The notes beneath the pieces were generated by a model. That model made no database searches, was not told where the DNA came from, and saw nothing but the letters and a program-made list of their open reading frames with translations. A stretch of 64,000 nt of DNA. Source: an uncultured virus (IMG/VR IMGVR_UViG_3300038443_001555). Taxonomy: Duplodnaviria; Heunggongvirae; Uroviricota; Caudoviricetes. The translations under genes were made by a program, and so were the position numbers. The stretch is taken from IMG/VR virus record IMGVR_UViG_3300038443_001555. One strand, given 5' to 3'. This document shows, piece by piece, positions 30,432-40,400 of the stretch (positions are counted from its first letter, which is position 1; the number at the start of each line of letters is the position of its first letter).

Positions 30432-30980
30432 ATGTCCAAAGCACACTTCATTACTCCCGCGGGTGCAACCCCCGACGTCATGGCTGTTCGCCTGGGCTCG
30501 TCCCGCGCGAGCAACGGCGTCCCGGGCACCGGCGGCTCCATGACCTACATCGACGAAGGCAAGCTCGTCAAGCTGGTCGGCGAATCGCAGTTTGACCTCT
30601 GCGCCGCCGGCGATCCCATCGAGGCTCAGATCACCTCGGTCGAAGCCGCGCTGTCGGATGGCTGGGCCATCGGCGGCATCAAGGACGAAGACGAGATCTA
30701 CGCCGTCGCCAACGGCCTGCAGGCGACCGAAGGCACCGGCAACATCGCCGTCGGCGACTACGTCGTGGCCGGCACCCAGGACGCCAAGGGTGTGGTGATG
30801 ACCACCGCCTATCCGAAGGTCCTGAAAGCCACCCAGCAACTGGGCGTCACCCCGGCAGACCTTGCCGGCGCCGCCGCCCAGATGAAGCTGGCTGCATACG
30901 CCTGGCGTGTTGTTTCGCTCGGCCCTGTCGGTACCGGCGCCCCCGGCACCACCATCGTCATTTCTCGCGTCGGGAGCTAA
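30432..30980 (+). CDS. head decoration protein
   Basis: Gly/Ala/Val-rich beta protein directly before the capsid gene. Confidence 0.65.
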   Translation: MSKAHFITPAGATPDVMAVRLGSSRASNGVPGTGGSMTYIDEGKLVKLVGESQFDLCAAGDPIEAQITSVEAALSDGWAIGGIKDEDEIYAVANGLQATEGTGNIAVGDYVVAGTQDAKGVVMTTAYPKVLKATQQLGVTPADLAGAAAQMKLAAYAWRVVSLGPVGTGAPGTTIVISRVGS

Positions 30981-30985
30981 CTAAA

Positions 30986-32209
30986 ATGGCATTTTTCATC
31001 GATAAATCCGGCAATCCGCAGCACGTTCAAATCGACGCTGCTGTGTACGCTGCCGCCAAGGCCGACAAAAAGTCGGTCCCGCAATACCTGAACACCAAGT
31101 TCCATGCGGACGCGGACATGGCGAAGGGCTCGCCCTTCGCCCAGCTGTGCGCCTCGGAAGGTTTGATCACCTCGCCGAAGCAGAACGTCTTCGGCCTGCG
31201 CTCGCCGACCATCGCCGAGATCCTGGACGGCAAGTCCGGTTTCGAAGCGGCCAGCGGCACCAACACGCAGCAGCGCGGCAACCCGTACGGTTCGCAATCG
31301 CGCAACCTGTTCCCGGCCGCGGTGATCGCCGCGATCGAGTCGGCTGTCGATGTCGACCGCACCACCGACACCCAGATGTTCGACGGCATGATCGCCCAGA
31401 AGATCTCGATCGGCGGCGACACCTTCGAACAGCCGGTGATCAACTACACCATCCCGGGTGAGCAGGGTCCGACCAAGGCCAAGGCGCAGCGCGTCGTCCA
31501 GCTGGGCAACGTGCCGACCATCCTGCAGATCACCACGGCCGACAAGCCGCGTCGTCTGCCGACCTACGGTATCGGCATCGAGATGTCGGACCAGGCCGCC
31601 CGCGTCCAGACTCTGGACCTGCTGGCCATGACGGTCAAGCGCTACCTCGAGATCGAGAAGGACCAGCGCGTCTACAACTACATCTCGAGCCTGTTCGTCG
31701 GCGACAACGACATGGTGATCGGCACCGTGCCGACCGTCACCTCGACCTCGCTGGACGCCAATGCGGCCGGCGGCGTGATGACCCACAAGGCCTGGGTGAA
31801 GTGGCTGACCCTGAAGCGCAAGTCGCGCAAGATCACCCACGCGATCTGCGACATCGATACCTACCTGAAGATCGAAGCGCGCGCCGGCCGCCCGGGCCTG
31901 TCCGCCTACGATCCGCGCCTGCCGATCGTCGAAGCGCAGGCTCGCGTGTCGAACCTGGACTTCCAGGACGTGACCTTCTTCATCGTCGACGCAGCTGTCG
32001 ACGGCGGCCCGGTCCCGGCCGGCGAAGTCTGGGGTCTGGACGCCCGCAAGGCGATCACCTCGGTATCGAACACCGAAGCCGAGTACCAAGCGACCGAGAA
32101 CTTCATCCTGCGCCGCAGCTCGATGATGGTGATGCACTGGTCGCAGGAGGTGTACCGCACCTTCGGCGACGCCGAGCTGACCCCGTTCACTCGCCTGGTC
32201 ATCTCGTGA
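30986..32209 (+). CDS. major capsid protein
   Basis: 407 aa, strongly biased codons, followed by strong terminator; position. Confidence 0.85.
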   Translation: MAFFIDKSGNPQHVQIDAAVYAAAKADKKSVPQYLNTKFHADADMAKGSPFAQLCASEGLITSPKQNVFGLRSPTIAEILDGKSGFEAASGTNTQQRGNPYGSQSRNLFPAAVIAAIESAVDVDRTTDTQMFDGMIAQKISIGGDTFEQPVINYTIPGEQGPTKAKAQRVVQLGNVPTILQITTADKPRRLPTYGIGIEMSDQAARVQTLDLLAMTVKRYLEIEKDQRVYNYISSLFVGDNDMVIGTVPTVTSTSLDANAAGGVMTHKAWVKWLTLKRKSRKITHAICDIDTYLKIEARAGRPGLSAYDPRLPIVEAQARVSNLDFQDVTFFIVDAAVDGGPVPAGEVWGLDARKAITSVSNTEAEYQATENFILRRSSMMVMHWSQEVYRTFGDAELTPFTRLVIS

Positions 32210-32225
32210 TCCAGGCAGTGACATG

Positions 32226-32254
32226 AAAACGGCCCTTCGGGGCCGTTTTTCTTT
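32226..32254 (+). terminator. intrinsic terminator (UUCG loop)
   Basis: AAAACGGCCC-TTCG-GGGCCGTTTT-TCTTT. Confidence 0.9.
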
Positions 32255-32324
32255 GCAAGGCAAACACCTTGCGCTGTGTCAGTTTCCATGCAACAATTCT
32301 ATCTCCCACACTGAAGGAGTTATC

Positions 32325-32678
32325 ATGGCAGAAAATCAACGCGCATGGCTGCGCAACGAGGGCAGCTTCCCGATGGTCGATCCGGAGACCAACACCCGTT
32401 TCGAGCCGGGCGAGACCAAGAAGGCCGAAGTGACCGCTTGGGTCAAGAACCAGCCGGCCATCAAGCGCGTCACCGACCCGAACGACGACAGCCCGACCGA
32501 TCGCGAAGTGCAGAAGATCGAAGATCTGAACGCCGCCGACGAAGCCGCGCGCATTGAGCGCGAGCACATCGCCGAACGCGCGCAGCGCCTGGCGAACGGC
32601 CAAGTCCCGGTGGAGGAGGCCATCAGCCAGGCGAACGCGGAAGCTGCCGGTGCCACGCCGGCCACGCCGGCGACCTGA
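32325..32678 (+). CDS. hypothetical protein
   Basis: AAGGAG SD; upstream TTGCGC-17-AACAAT. Confidence 0.75.
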   Translation: MAENQRAWLRNEGSFPMVDPETNTRFEPGETKKAEVTAWVKNQPAIKRVTDPNDDSPTDREVQKIEDLNAADEAARIEREHIAERAQRLANGQVPVEEAISQANAEAAGATPATPAT

Positions 32679-32779
32679 GCATGCAGCCCAAGCTGATGGC
32701 CCTCCTGGTCCGCATGGCTTGCGCACGGATCGGCGCCGAATGGCGGATGAAACAGCAGCAGCTGCACGCCAGCTGAATG

Positions 32780-32807
32780 AAGCTCGCCACCCGGCGGGCT
32801 TTTCTTT
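32780..32807 (+). terminator. intrinsic terminator
   Basis: AAGCTCGCC-ACCC-GGCGGGCTT-TTCTTT. Confidence 0.75.
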
Positions 32808-32857
32808 GCCAAAAGCAATTTCTGTGCCACAATATCTCCTGCCCACAGGAGATCTTC

Positions 32858-33349
32858 ATGTCCACCAATCTCGTCACCACCGACAGCGTGCGCGCCGTCC
32901 TCGGCGTTTCTGCCAAAGAACTTCCCGACACCGTGCTGGGCAGCCAGGTTTACTCGACGCGCCTGCGCGAAGACCTGATCGACATGCACCCGCAGATCAT
33001 CAGCGACTTCGCCGCGATCGGCGCTCTGGCCAGCCCGACCAGCGACCAGCAGCGGTTCCTTGACCTGATGGAGACCTACGCGGCCTACAACGTGGCCAAG
33101 CAGTGCCTGGACGCCTTGCCCATGTTCTCGCCGCTGACCATCAAGGACGAGAAGGCCGAGCTCACGCGCAACGTCGACTCCTATAAGAATCTCAAGGCTG
33201 ACGTCAGCGCTGTGCTCTCGCTCATGAAGGGCAAGCTGCAGAAAGCCTACGCCGCCGTCAATCCGGACGCGCCGGCGCCGACCCCGGTTGACCGCATCTG
33301 GGGCGTGTCGGTCGGCCTTGGCAGCGATCCTGTCACCGCGACGAGCTAA
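32858..33349 (+). CDS. head-tail adaptor (putative)
   Basis: AGGAG SD; helical protein at head-completion position. Confidence 0.6.
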   Translation: MSTNLVTTDSVRAVLGVSAKELPDTVLGSQVYSTRLREDLIDMHPQIISDFAAIGALASPTSDQQRFLDLMETYAAYNVAKQCLDALPMFSPLTIKDEKAELTRNVDSYKNLKADVSAVLSLMKGKLQKAYAAVNPDAPAPTPVDRIWGVSVGLGSDPVTATS

Positions 33350-33352
33350 AGC

Positions 33353-34186
33353 ATGGACTTCGCCGACGTCGCCTCGTTCTTCAACAACGATCCGGTCTAC
33401 GACGCGTATTCCGGAGCGTTTCTGTTCTATGGCCACAGCAAGGCCCAGAACGACCAGCTGTCGGCCGGCGCCACCACGCGCCGGCGCTCCCTCACCACTG
33501 CGCCGGACGCCATCATGCCTGCGCGCGGCGCCATCCGTATGCTGGGCGACAACTGGGTCTCGGGCTTGGGTAACGTCGACGGCTTCCAGGGTGAAGCCAT
33601 CCGACGCGTTTGGGACCTGAAGAAGTCGACCGGTCTGGTGGAGATCGTTTCGCCAGCGCAGGCCGCGGCTGGCAGCGCCGGCTACGCGCTGCATATGCAA
33701 AGAGAGATGATGAACGACATCTCGAACACGGCCAGTACCAGCGACTGGGGCAACTTCTGGAACCTGTATGCGTCGTCCAGCGAGACGGCCGGACGTGGCC
33801 AGTTCGTGCGTGATGGCGCGACCCTTTACCGGATCCGCAACAGCTATGTGGACATCGAGGGCTTCCTGATCCTCGAGGCTGACCAGCTGGACGCCGACGC
33901 GCTGCAGCAGGCCACGTTCACCACCGGCGTGCTGAATCTCGTGACCGACCGGGTCACGAATACCGAAGTCGTCCTGCCGGTGATCCAGACCGACTCGATG
34001 AAGTTCTATCGCTACCGCACCCAGGCCGAAGCCGACAACAAGCCGGGCGACCGGGTCGTGTTCGTGGCCAGCGCCAGCATCGCGCCGCAGCCGAACACCG
34101 AGCTGACGATGCTGGGCGCGCGCTGGCGCGTGCTGTCCACGATTATCGAGCTGGACGCCCGGGTACTGCGCGTGAGGATGGTGTGA
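33353..34186 (+). CDS. head completion/closure protein (putative)
   Basis: Position; beta-rich C-terminus (KPGDRVVF...RWRVLS). Confidence 0.55.
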   Translation: MDFADVASFFNNDPVYDAYSGAFLFYGHSKAQNDQLSAGATTRRRSLTTAPDAIMPARGAIRMLGDNWVSGLGNVDGFQGEAIRRVWDLKKSTGLVEIVSPAQAAAGSAGYALHMQREMMNDISNTASTSDWGNFWNLYASSSETAGRGQFVRDGATLYRIRNSYVDIEGFLILEADQLDADALQQATFTTGVLNLVTDRVTNTEVVLPVIQTDSMKFYRYRTQAEADNKPGDRVVFVASASIAPQPNTELTMLGARWRVLSTIIELDARVLRVRMV

Positions 34187-34734
34187 TCGCGATCAACGCC
34201 ACCAAGCTGGCGGCCTCGATCAAGACGCTCAAGGGCGTGCGCAAAAGGGTGGCCGACACGGCCGACGGCATCTATCGCCAGAAGCTGTACTGGCTGCTTG
34301 AGCAGGCCGTGATGGTGTCGCCGCAGTATTCCGGCCAATTCGCCAGCAACTGGACTTTTGCCGTGAACGGCGACATGCCAGTATTCCGGCCATGGCCGGG
34401 AAAGTACGACGTGCCGTACGGTCGGCACGATGACCTGCGTACCGGCGCCGCGGCGTACCGCGTCACGCCGCACCAGGCAGGCGATCCGGAAGCGGTCGGC
34501 GTGGCGCTGGCGCGCGGCGCCTACCAGCTGCGCGGCGTCACGCGCGCGGATCGCGTGCACCTGGTGAATGCCACCGACCTTGCGGTCGACGAGACCGGCA
34601 ACTTCATGCTTGGGCCGGATGGCCCCGAGAAGCTGCGGCCGGAGAACGTGATCCCGACCGGTACGCGGATTGAAATTTACGTGCGCACCCAGGCGCAGAA
34701 CATTCCCAGCAATCTGAAGGACCCTGCGACATGA
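34183..34734 (+). CDS. neck/tail completion protein (HK97 gp10-like)
   Basis: SPQYSGQFASNW resembles the P..TG.lr.sW motif; position. Confidence 0.6.
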   Translation: MIAINATKLAASIKTLKGVRKRVADTADGIYRQKLYWLLEQAVMVSPQYSGQFASNWTFAVNGDMPVFRPWPGKYDVPYGRHDDLRTGAAAYRVTPHQAGDPEAVGVALARGAYQLRGVTRADRVHLVNATDLAVDETGNFMLGPDGPEKLRPENVIPTGTRIEIYVRTQAQNIPSNLKDPAT

Positions 34735-35147
34735 CCCTCACCGAATTTTCCGAGACCGTGATGGCGGTCGTAGGGCAGATCGTCAACGATCACACCGCCT
34801 ACCCGCTGCTGGTCGAGGCCGACAACCGCGACGTCGTCGACCAGGCCACGCAGATCAACCCCTACCTGCAGGTGACGATCGCGCCGATGCACGGCGAGCA
34901 GGCAGAACTTGGCCAGAACCCGAACGTCAAGCAGTCCGGCCAGATCCTGCTTGCCGCGGTGGTGAAGAGCGGCGCCGGCACGGCGGACGCCAAGGCCCTG
35001 CTCGATTTCGTGCTGCCCTACTTCAGCATGCAGCAGCTTGGAACTATCCAGTGTCAGGCGGCTTACCCGGTCCAGGGTAAATCCGCGAAAGGCTGGTGGT
35101 ATCAGCCGGCCATCATCCCGTACTTCTATTTCAGCTGTGCAAAATAA
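34731..35147 (+). CDS. tail terminator protein (putative)
   Basis: 138 aa preceding tail tube; G.G...A..L.D pattern. Confidence 0.6.
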   Translation: MTLTEFSETVMAVVGQIVNDHTAYPLLVEADNRDVVDQATQINPYLQVTIAPMHGEQAELGQNPNVKQSGQILLAAVVKSGAGTADAKALLDFVLPYFSMQQLGTIQCQAAYPVQGKSAKGWWYQPAIIPYFYFSCAK

Positions 35148-35216
35148 ACAGCAAACTATTTACACATGTCAATAGTTGGCTGATAGACTCCGGAGAAATT
35201 TCCTCGGAGAACTGTC

Positions 35217-36473
35217 ATGCCCGCTCTCACCTACGCAAACTCCAGCCGCGAGCAGATCGCCTACATGCCGGAAGCCAGCTTCGGCACCATTCCTGGCACC
35301 GGCAACTGCTACGCTCTGCGCAACACCGGCGAATCGCTGGCCTTCTCGCTGACCAAGGAGAACGACAAGGAGATGAACGCGACGGCGCAGCTGACCTCGT
35401 CGACTACCACCTATGGCCAGGCCGACGGCGACATCAAGGTGCACGTCCAGTACGCTGAATATGACCGCCTGCTGGCTGGCCTGCTGCGCTCGAGCTGGAG
35501 TGCCTACGGCACCAACGGCGTCGGCACCGCTTTCGGCATCACCTCGATCACCGCCGGTACGGCTGGCGTAACCTCGACGGTCATCACCGCCTCCGCGGCG
35601 CCGACTGGCTCCAGCGCATTCAGCAACCTGGTCCCGGGCCAGTGGATCATGCTGGACCTGACCGGATCTTCGCCGGTGAACAACCCGCTGCGCAATCTGG
35701 TGCGCGTGCTGTCGACCAACGGCACGACCACGATCACGCTGGACCTGAACACCCCGCTGAAGGTCGAGGGTGCGCTGACCGGCGCCAAGATCTCGGGCTC
35801 GCGCCTGATGAACGGCACCACGCTGCAGCCGTTCACGATCGAGAAGCAGTCGCTGGATATCAACCAGTTCCAGACCTTCCGCGGCATGAACGTGTCGAAA
35901 TTCTCGACCTCGTTCGCTTCGAAAGCGCTGACCGAAGGTACCTTCACCTTCCTCGGCAAGGACATGCTGCGCAACGTCGTGACCCAGCTGCCCGGCGCGC
36001 CGGTGGCGTCGAACACCTACGACATCCAGAATGGTGTCAAGGGCATCGGCCAGCTGTGGGAAGGCGGCGCTCCGATCACCTCGACCTCGATCAAGTCGCT
36101 GTCGCTGGACGTCGACAGCGGCCTGCGCGCGCAGGACGCGGCCGGCAGCCTCGGCCTGGTCGGTATCGGCATCGGCACTTTCATGGTCAAGGGCACCCTG
36201 ACTGTGTATTTCGCCAACGGCAGCCTGTACGACAAATTCCTGGCTGACCAGTACACTTCGCTGATCGTGTCGACCCAGGACAGCGCGAGCAACGGCTACG
36301 TGCTCACCTTGCCGCGCGTCATGCTGACCACTGGCAAAGTGGTGGCCGGCTCGAAGGACACCGATGTCATGGCCGTGTTCGACTACGTCGCATACGCTGA
36401 CATGCAGAACGCCAACGCCGCGCTGCGCAAGACCTTGATCATCGATCGCGTCGGCGACGCCGTGGCGCCGTAA
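35217..36473 (+). CDS. major tail tube protein
   Basis: E..FGT.P...LRNTGESL, FTIEKQ..D..QF..FRGM, GTLTVYF..LYDKF: siphovirus tube family. Confidence 0.85.
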   Translation: MPALTYANSSREQIAYMPEASFGTIPGTGNCYALRNTGESLAFSLTKENDKEMNATAQLTSSTTTYGQADGDIKVHVQYAEYDRLLAGLLRSSWSAYGTNGVGTAFGITSITAGTAGVTSTVITASAAPTGSSAFSNLVPGQWIMLDLTGSSPVNNPLRNLVRVLSTNGTTTITLDLNTPLKVEGALTGAKISGSRLMNGTTLQPFTIEKQSLDINQFQTFRGMNVSKFSTSFASKALTEGTFTFLGKDMLRNVVTQLPGAPVASNTYDIQNGVKGIGQLWEGGAPITSTSIKSLSLDVDSGLRAQDAAGSLGLVGIGIGTFMVKGTLTVYFANGSLYDKFLADQYTSLIVSTQDSASNGYVLTLPRVMLTTGKVVAGSKDTDVMAVFDYVAYADMQNANAALRKTLIIDRVGDAVAP

Positions 36474-36495
36474 CAGTTTCGGGTGGGTAGTGGCT

Positions 36496-36523
36496 GGGCG
36501 CGACTTCGGTCGCGCCCTTTTTT
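36496..36523 (+). terminator. intrinsic terminator (UUCG loop)
   Basis: GGGCGCGAC-TTCG-GTCGCGCCC-TTTTTT. Confidence 0.9.
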
Positions 36524-36602
36524 ATTTCCGGCAGGATCTTGACAGAGGGCAAGACAGTATTCAAACTGTCACCTCCACAACCTACACCTACCGGAGAACA
36601 CA

Positions 36603-37043
36603 ATGCTGGATTTTCATGCGCAATATGCGACCGACCCCAAGGCTGAACTCGAAGGCAAGGAATTTGACTGGGGCGGCGGCGTCAAGCTGCTGATCGCGCG
36701 CGCGCACAATCCGAAGTACACCCGCCTGCTGGCGTCGCAGTACGAAGCGCACAAGCACACTCTGGACAAGAAGGACACCCCGGAGGACCTGGCCGCGGCC
36801 GAAGATCGTTCGAACAAGATCATGGCTTACGTCATGGCACGCTCGATCCTGCTGGGCTGGTCGGGCGCCGTCAAATTCAAGGGCGAAGACTTCCCGTACT
36901 CGGTGGCCAACGCCGAGACGCTGCTGCAGATGAAGGATTTCCAGTCCGAGGTCGCCAAGAAGGCCGCAGACTTCCGCAACTTCCGCTTCGAGACCGAAGA
37001 GGTCGACGCAAAAAACTCGCAAGCTACCTCCAGTGGGACCTGA
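36603..37043 (+). CDS. tail assembly chaperone (gpG analogue)
   Basis: Between tube and tape measure; ILLGWSG..F.G...PYS..NA motif. Confidence 0.85.
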   Translation: MLDFHAQYATDPKAELEGKEFDWGGGVKLLIARAHNPKYTRLLASQYEAHKHTLDKKDTPEDLAAAEDRSNKIMAYVMARSILLGWSGAVKFKGEDFPYSVANAETLLQMKDFQSEVAKKAADFRNFRFETEEVDAKNSQATSSGT

Positions 37044-37345
37044 CCTGGGGGCCGCAGCTCGAGTTCCTTAATCAGCTGAAGGAAGACGGCACGGTCCCGC
37101 AAGCCCTGCGGGACCGCCCAGTCCTCGACCTTCGCCAGCACTACTACTACACGGCGTATCAAGCTCTCTCGCGGAGCCGCAACGTGAGCATGGGGGGTCC
37201 GCTGCCGATACCGGTGTCCGAAATTTTGTCGTACTGCCTCCTGTTCCAAATCGACAACCTGACAGAACGCGAGCGGATCCTCAAATACGTGAACCGGCTT
37301 GACAGCGTGTACCTCGAGCATGTCTCGAAGTCCAACAAGACGTAA
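37010..37345 (+). CDS. -1 frameshift extension of tail chaperone (gpGT analogue)
   Basis: Slippery A AAA AAC at 37010-37016; -1 frame open to TAA 37345 (LSRSRNVSMGGPLPIPVSEI..Y). Confidence 0.85.
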   Translation, partial: KKLASYLQWDLTWGPQLEFLNQLKEDGTVPQALRDRPVLDLRQHYYYTAYQALSRSRNVSMGGPLPIPVSEILSYCLLFQIDNLTERERILKYVNRLDSVYLEHVSKSNKT

Positions 37346-37414
37346 TTTCCCAGCAGAACTTGCTTCAAGGAAGCCCCCGTTAGATAATGACAAGCTAACG
37401 GGGGCTTTGCATAT

Positions 37415-40400
37415 ATGAGCGACAACATCGATATTCCAATCGAAGCGAGTGGCGACGACGGCGTCAACCGGCTGACGTCTGCGATCGATCGCCTGACCGC
37501 GTCGATGGAGCGCCTCGGCGAGACCAGCGCTGCCGGCAACCTCGCCAAGCAGATGGAGCAGATGCAGGGCGCCATGAACACGGCCCTCGGCACGCTCACC
37601 ATGCAGATGCAGGAGATGAAGCAGGTGTTGGCCACCGGCTTCGCCGACATCTCGGCCACCAACGAGAAGCTGATCGAGGGTATGGGCGCGCGCCAGGTGC
37701 GCGCGATCGAAGAGAGCGGCGAGAAAGCCGCAGCCGCGCTCGATGCGGCGGGCCTGAAGATCAAGGCCGCCGACGCCCGTACCTGGGAGCAGATCGGGCG
37801 CGGCTCGGCCAGCAACGTCACGGCCGCCTTCTATCAGCTTGCGCAAGGCATCCCGGTCGAGGCGGTCGAAGCGCGCTTCGGCCAGCTGGCCACCAGCACG
37901 GCGGCCGGCCTGAACGGGCAACTCGAGCAGCTCAAGCAGTTCCAGGCCAACGCCAAGTCCCTGTACCAGACCGATTACAAGCCGCTGGCCGGCGCTACCG
38001 CTGCCGAGATCGAGCAGGCGAATGCCATGAACGCCGCCTGGGGCGATGCGATGCGCGTCAAGTCGGCGTCGAATGTCGATCCGCGCACGCTGCTCGGCTT
38101 GCCTAGCGAGGCTGAGGCCCGCTCTATTGGCCGCTCCATTGCCGCGCAGTTCCGCGCTGGCGTGGCCGAAGAGAAGGCGGCCCTCAGCGTTGACCCTCGA
38201 ACTCTGCTCGGCCTGCCCGCTGAGGCGGAAATGAAGGCGTTTGGTACCCAACTTGCCATCGAGATGCGTACTGCCGCCGAGCGTGCGGGTGCTGCGTCGA
38301 GCGTCGACCCGCGCACACTGCTTGGATTGCCGTCAGAAGCTGAGTCGCACTCTATCGGGCGCTCAATCGCCGCGCAATTCCGGGCTGGCGTCGAAGCCGA
38401 AAAGACCACAGTCAGCGTCGACCCGCGCATACTGCTCGGCCTGCCGTCCGAAGCCGAGATGCATGCCTTCGGTACCCAGCTGGCCATCAACATGCGTACG
38501 GCAGTCGAGGAGGAATCCTTACGCGCGAAGTCGGCACCGAGTGTCGATGCCCGCACGCTGCTGGGCCTGCCGAGCGAGACCGAGGTGCGCTCGATGGGCC
38601 AGCAGATCGCCGCCCAGATGCGCGAAGCTGCGGCGCTGGAACAAGCCAAACTCCGGCTGAACACGCTTGACGCCGCTTACGCTACCGCCAGCCCGACGTC
38701 GCAGGTGCGCACTGCAGCGCAGGCCCAACTGCTCGCCTCTATGTCGGGCCAGGAGGCTGCTGCGCAGCGCTTCGGCCCGCTCGCGGCGTCCGCGGGTGCA
38801 CTGGCAGCCGCCGAGGCGCGGTTGGCCGAATCCGCTGCTGCCGCCGGCCTTGCCCACGGCGGCCTGAACGGCGCACTGCGCCAGGCCGAAAGCGTCTTCA
38901 AGGGCGCCGCCCATGAGGCGGGCGTCTACGGTCTGGCGCACGGCCAGCTGATCGCGCTGCTCGCCGGCGGCGCCCTCGCCGCGGCCTTGCACCACATCGC
39001 CGAGACTGGCGCCGAGGTGCAGTTCGAGCTGGCATCCCTGAGCGCCTTCAGCGCTTCGATGGAGCCTGTCGACGTCAACAAGTTTGTCGGCATCACGGCA
39101 GGCACCCTGACTGGCCTGAAAGACGCCGCCGAGGGTGTGCATGCGCTGGCCGAGGCCGGGCTAAACCAGACCCAGGCATTCGCTGCACTGCCGGACGTGA
39201 TGCGCCTTGCCTCACTTGGCGAGATGAGTGTGGCGCAGGCTGCTGAGATGGGCGTCGAATCGATGCATGCCTTCGGCAAGGAAGTAGCAGATCTCGACCA
39301 AATCGGCGACATCCTGGTCGCCGTCGGCACCAAGTCGAACGTCTCGGTACACAGGCTGGCCGAGGACATGAAGAGTGCCGCCACAATGGGCGAGCTGCTC
39401 GGCATGACCATGGAAGAAACGGCGGCCGCCGTCGGCACGCTGGCCGAGCGCGGCCTGACCATCCAGCCATTGTCGTCGGCCATGCTCAAGCTGTACGAGC
39501 CGTCGGACAAAGCTGCCAAGGTGATCAAGCAGCTGGGGCTCGAAGTCAAGGACCAGGCCACCGGCGCCTTCCGCCCCTTCAGCGACATCATCGCTGACCT
39601 ATCTGGCAAGCTGATGCAATTTTCCAGCTCTGGCGCCACCGATACCCTCAAGGCCATGGGTTTCTCCTCGCGCGACATCAAGGCGATGGAGGCGATGACC
39701 CAGCATCTCGACGACTATCAGCACCTGCTGCATGAGGCCGAGAACTCGCAAGGCAAGATGTTCGATGCGATGACGGTCAAGGAGGATACGGTCAAGGGCG
39801 CCTGGGAGCGCCTAGGCAGCACGCTGGACGGTACTCTCGTCAAGGGCTTCCAGAACGCCAGCCCGGTGATTCAGCAGGTCGAGAATGACCTGATGCACCT
39901 GGTCGGCAGCGGCGGCGCGGTGGAGCTGGTGACCAACCTTGCGGCTGGTTTTGCGCGGCTGACGCAGGTGCTGGTCGAGAATGCCGGAATCATCGGCAGC
40001 GTTGTTGCCGGCTACGTGGCCCTGAAGGCGATCTCCGGCTTGACCACGCTGACTGTGGAATTCACGGTGGCCGAACTTGCGGCCACGCGCGCCATGGCAG
40101 CGAATCGAGTCGAGACGGCTGCCGCCGGTGCGCAGCTTTCCCTGTTTGCGGTGGAAGAAGAAGCTGCCGGCGCTGGCGCTGGTGCGCTAGAAGCTCGGCT
40201 GTTGGCCGCTGGCGCTGGTGCACGTCTGTTTTCGGCAGCTTTCGGCTGGATCGCCGTTGCGGCGACCGCTGCTATTACCGCTTACGAGCTGCTGTCAGGC
40301 AAGGTCTCGGAAGTCGACGGCAAATACCAGGCCGCCATCAACACCTCCAACACGACGATCGACGCCTACGACCGCGAGATCGAGCGCCTGCGGGAGATGA

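Noticed and set aside
32681..32776. 31-aa ORF before the terminator
   Set aside because: No SD and no recognisable features
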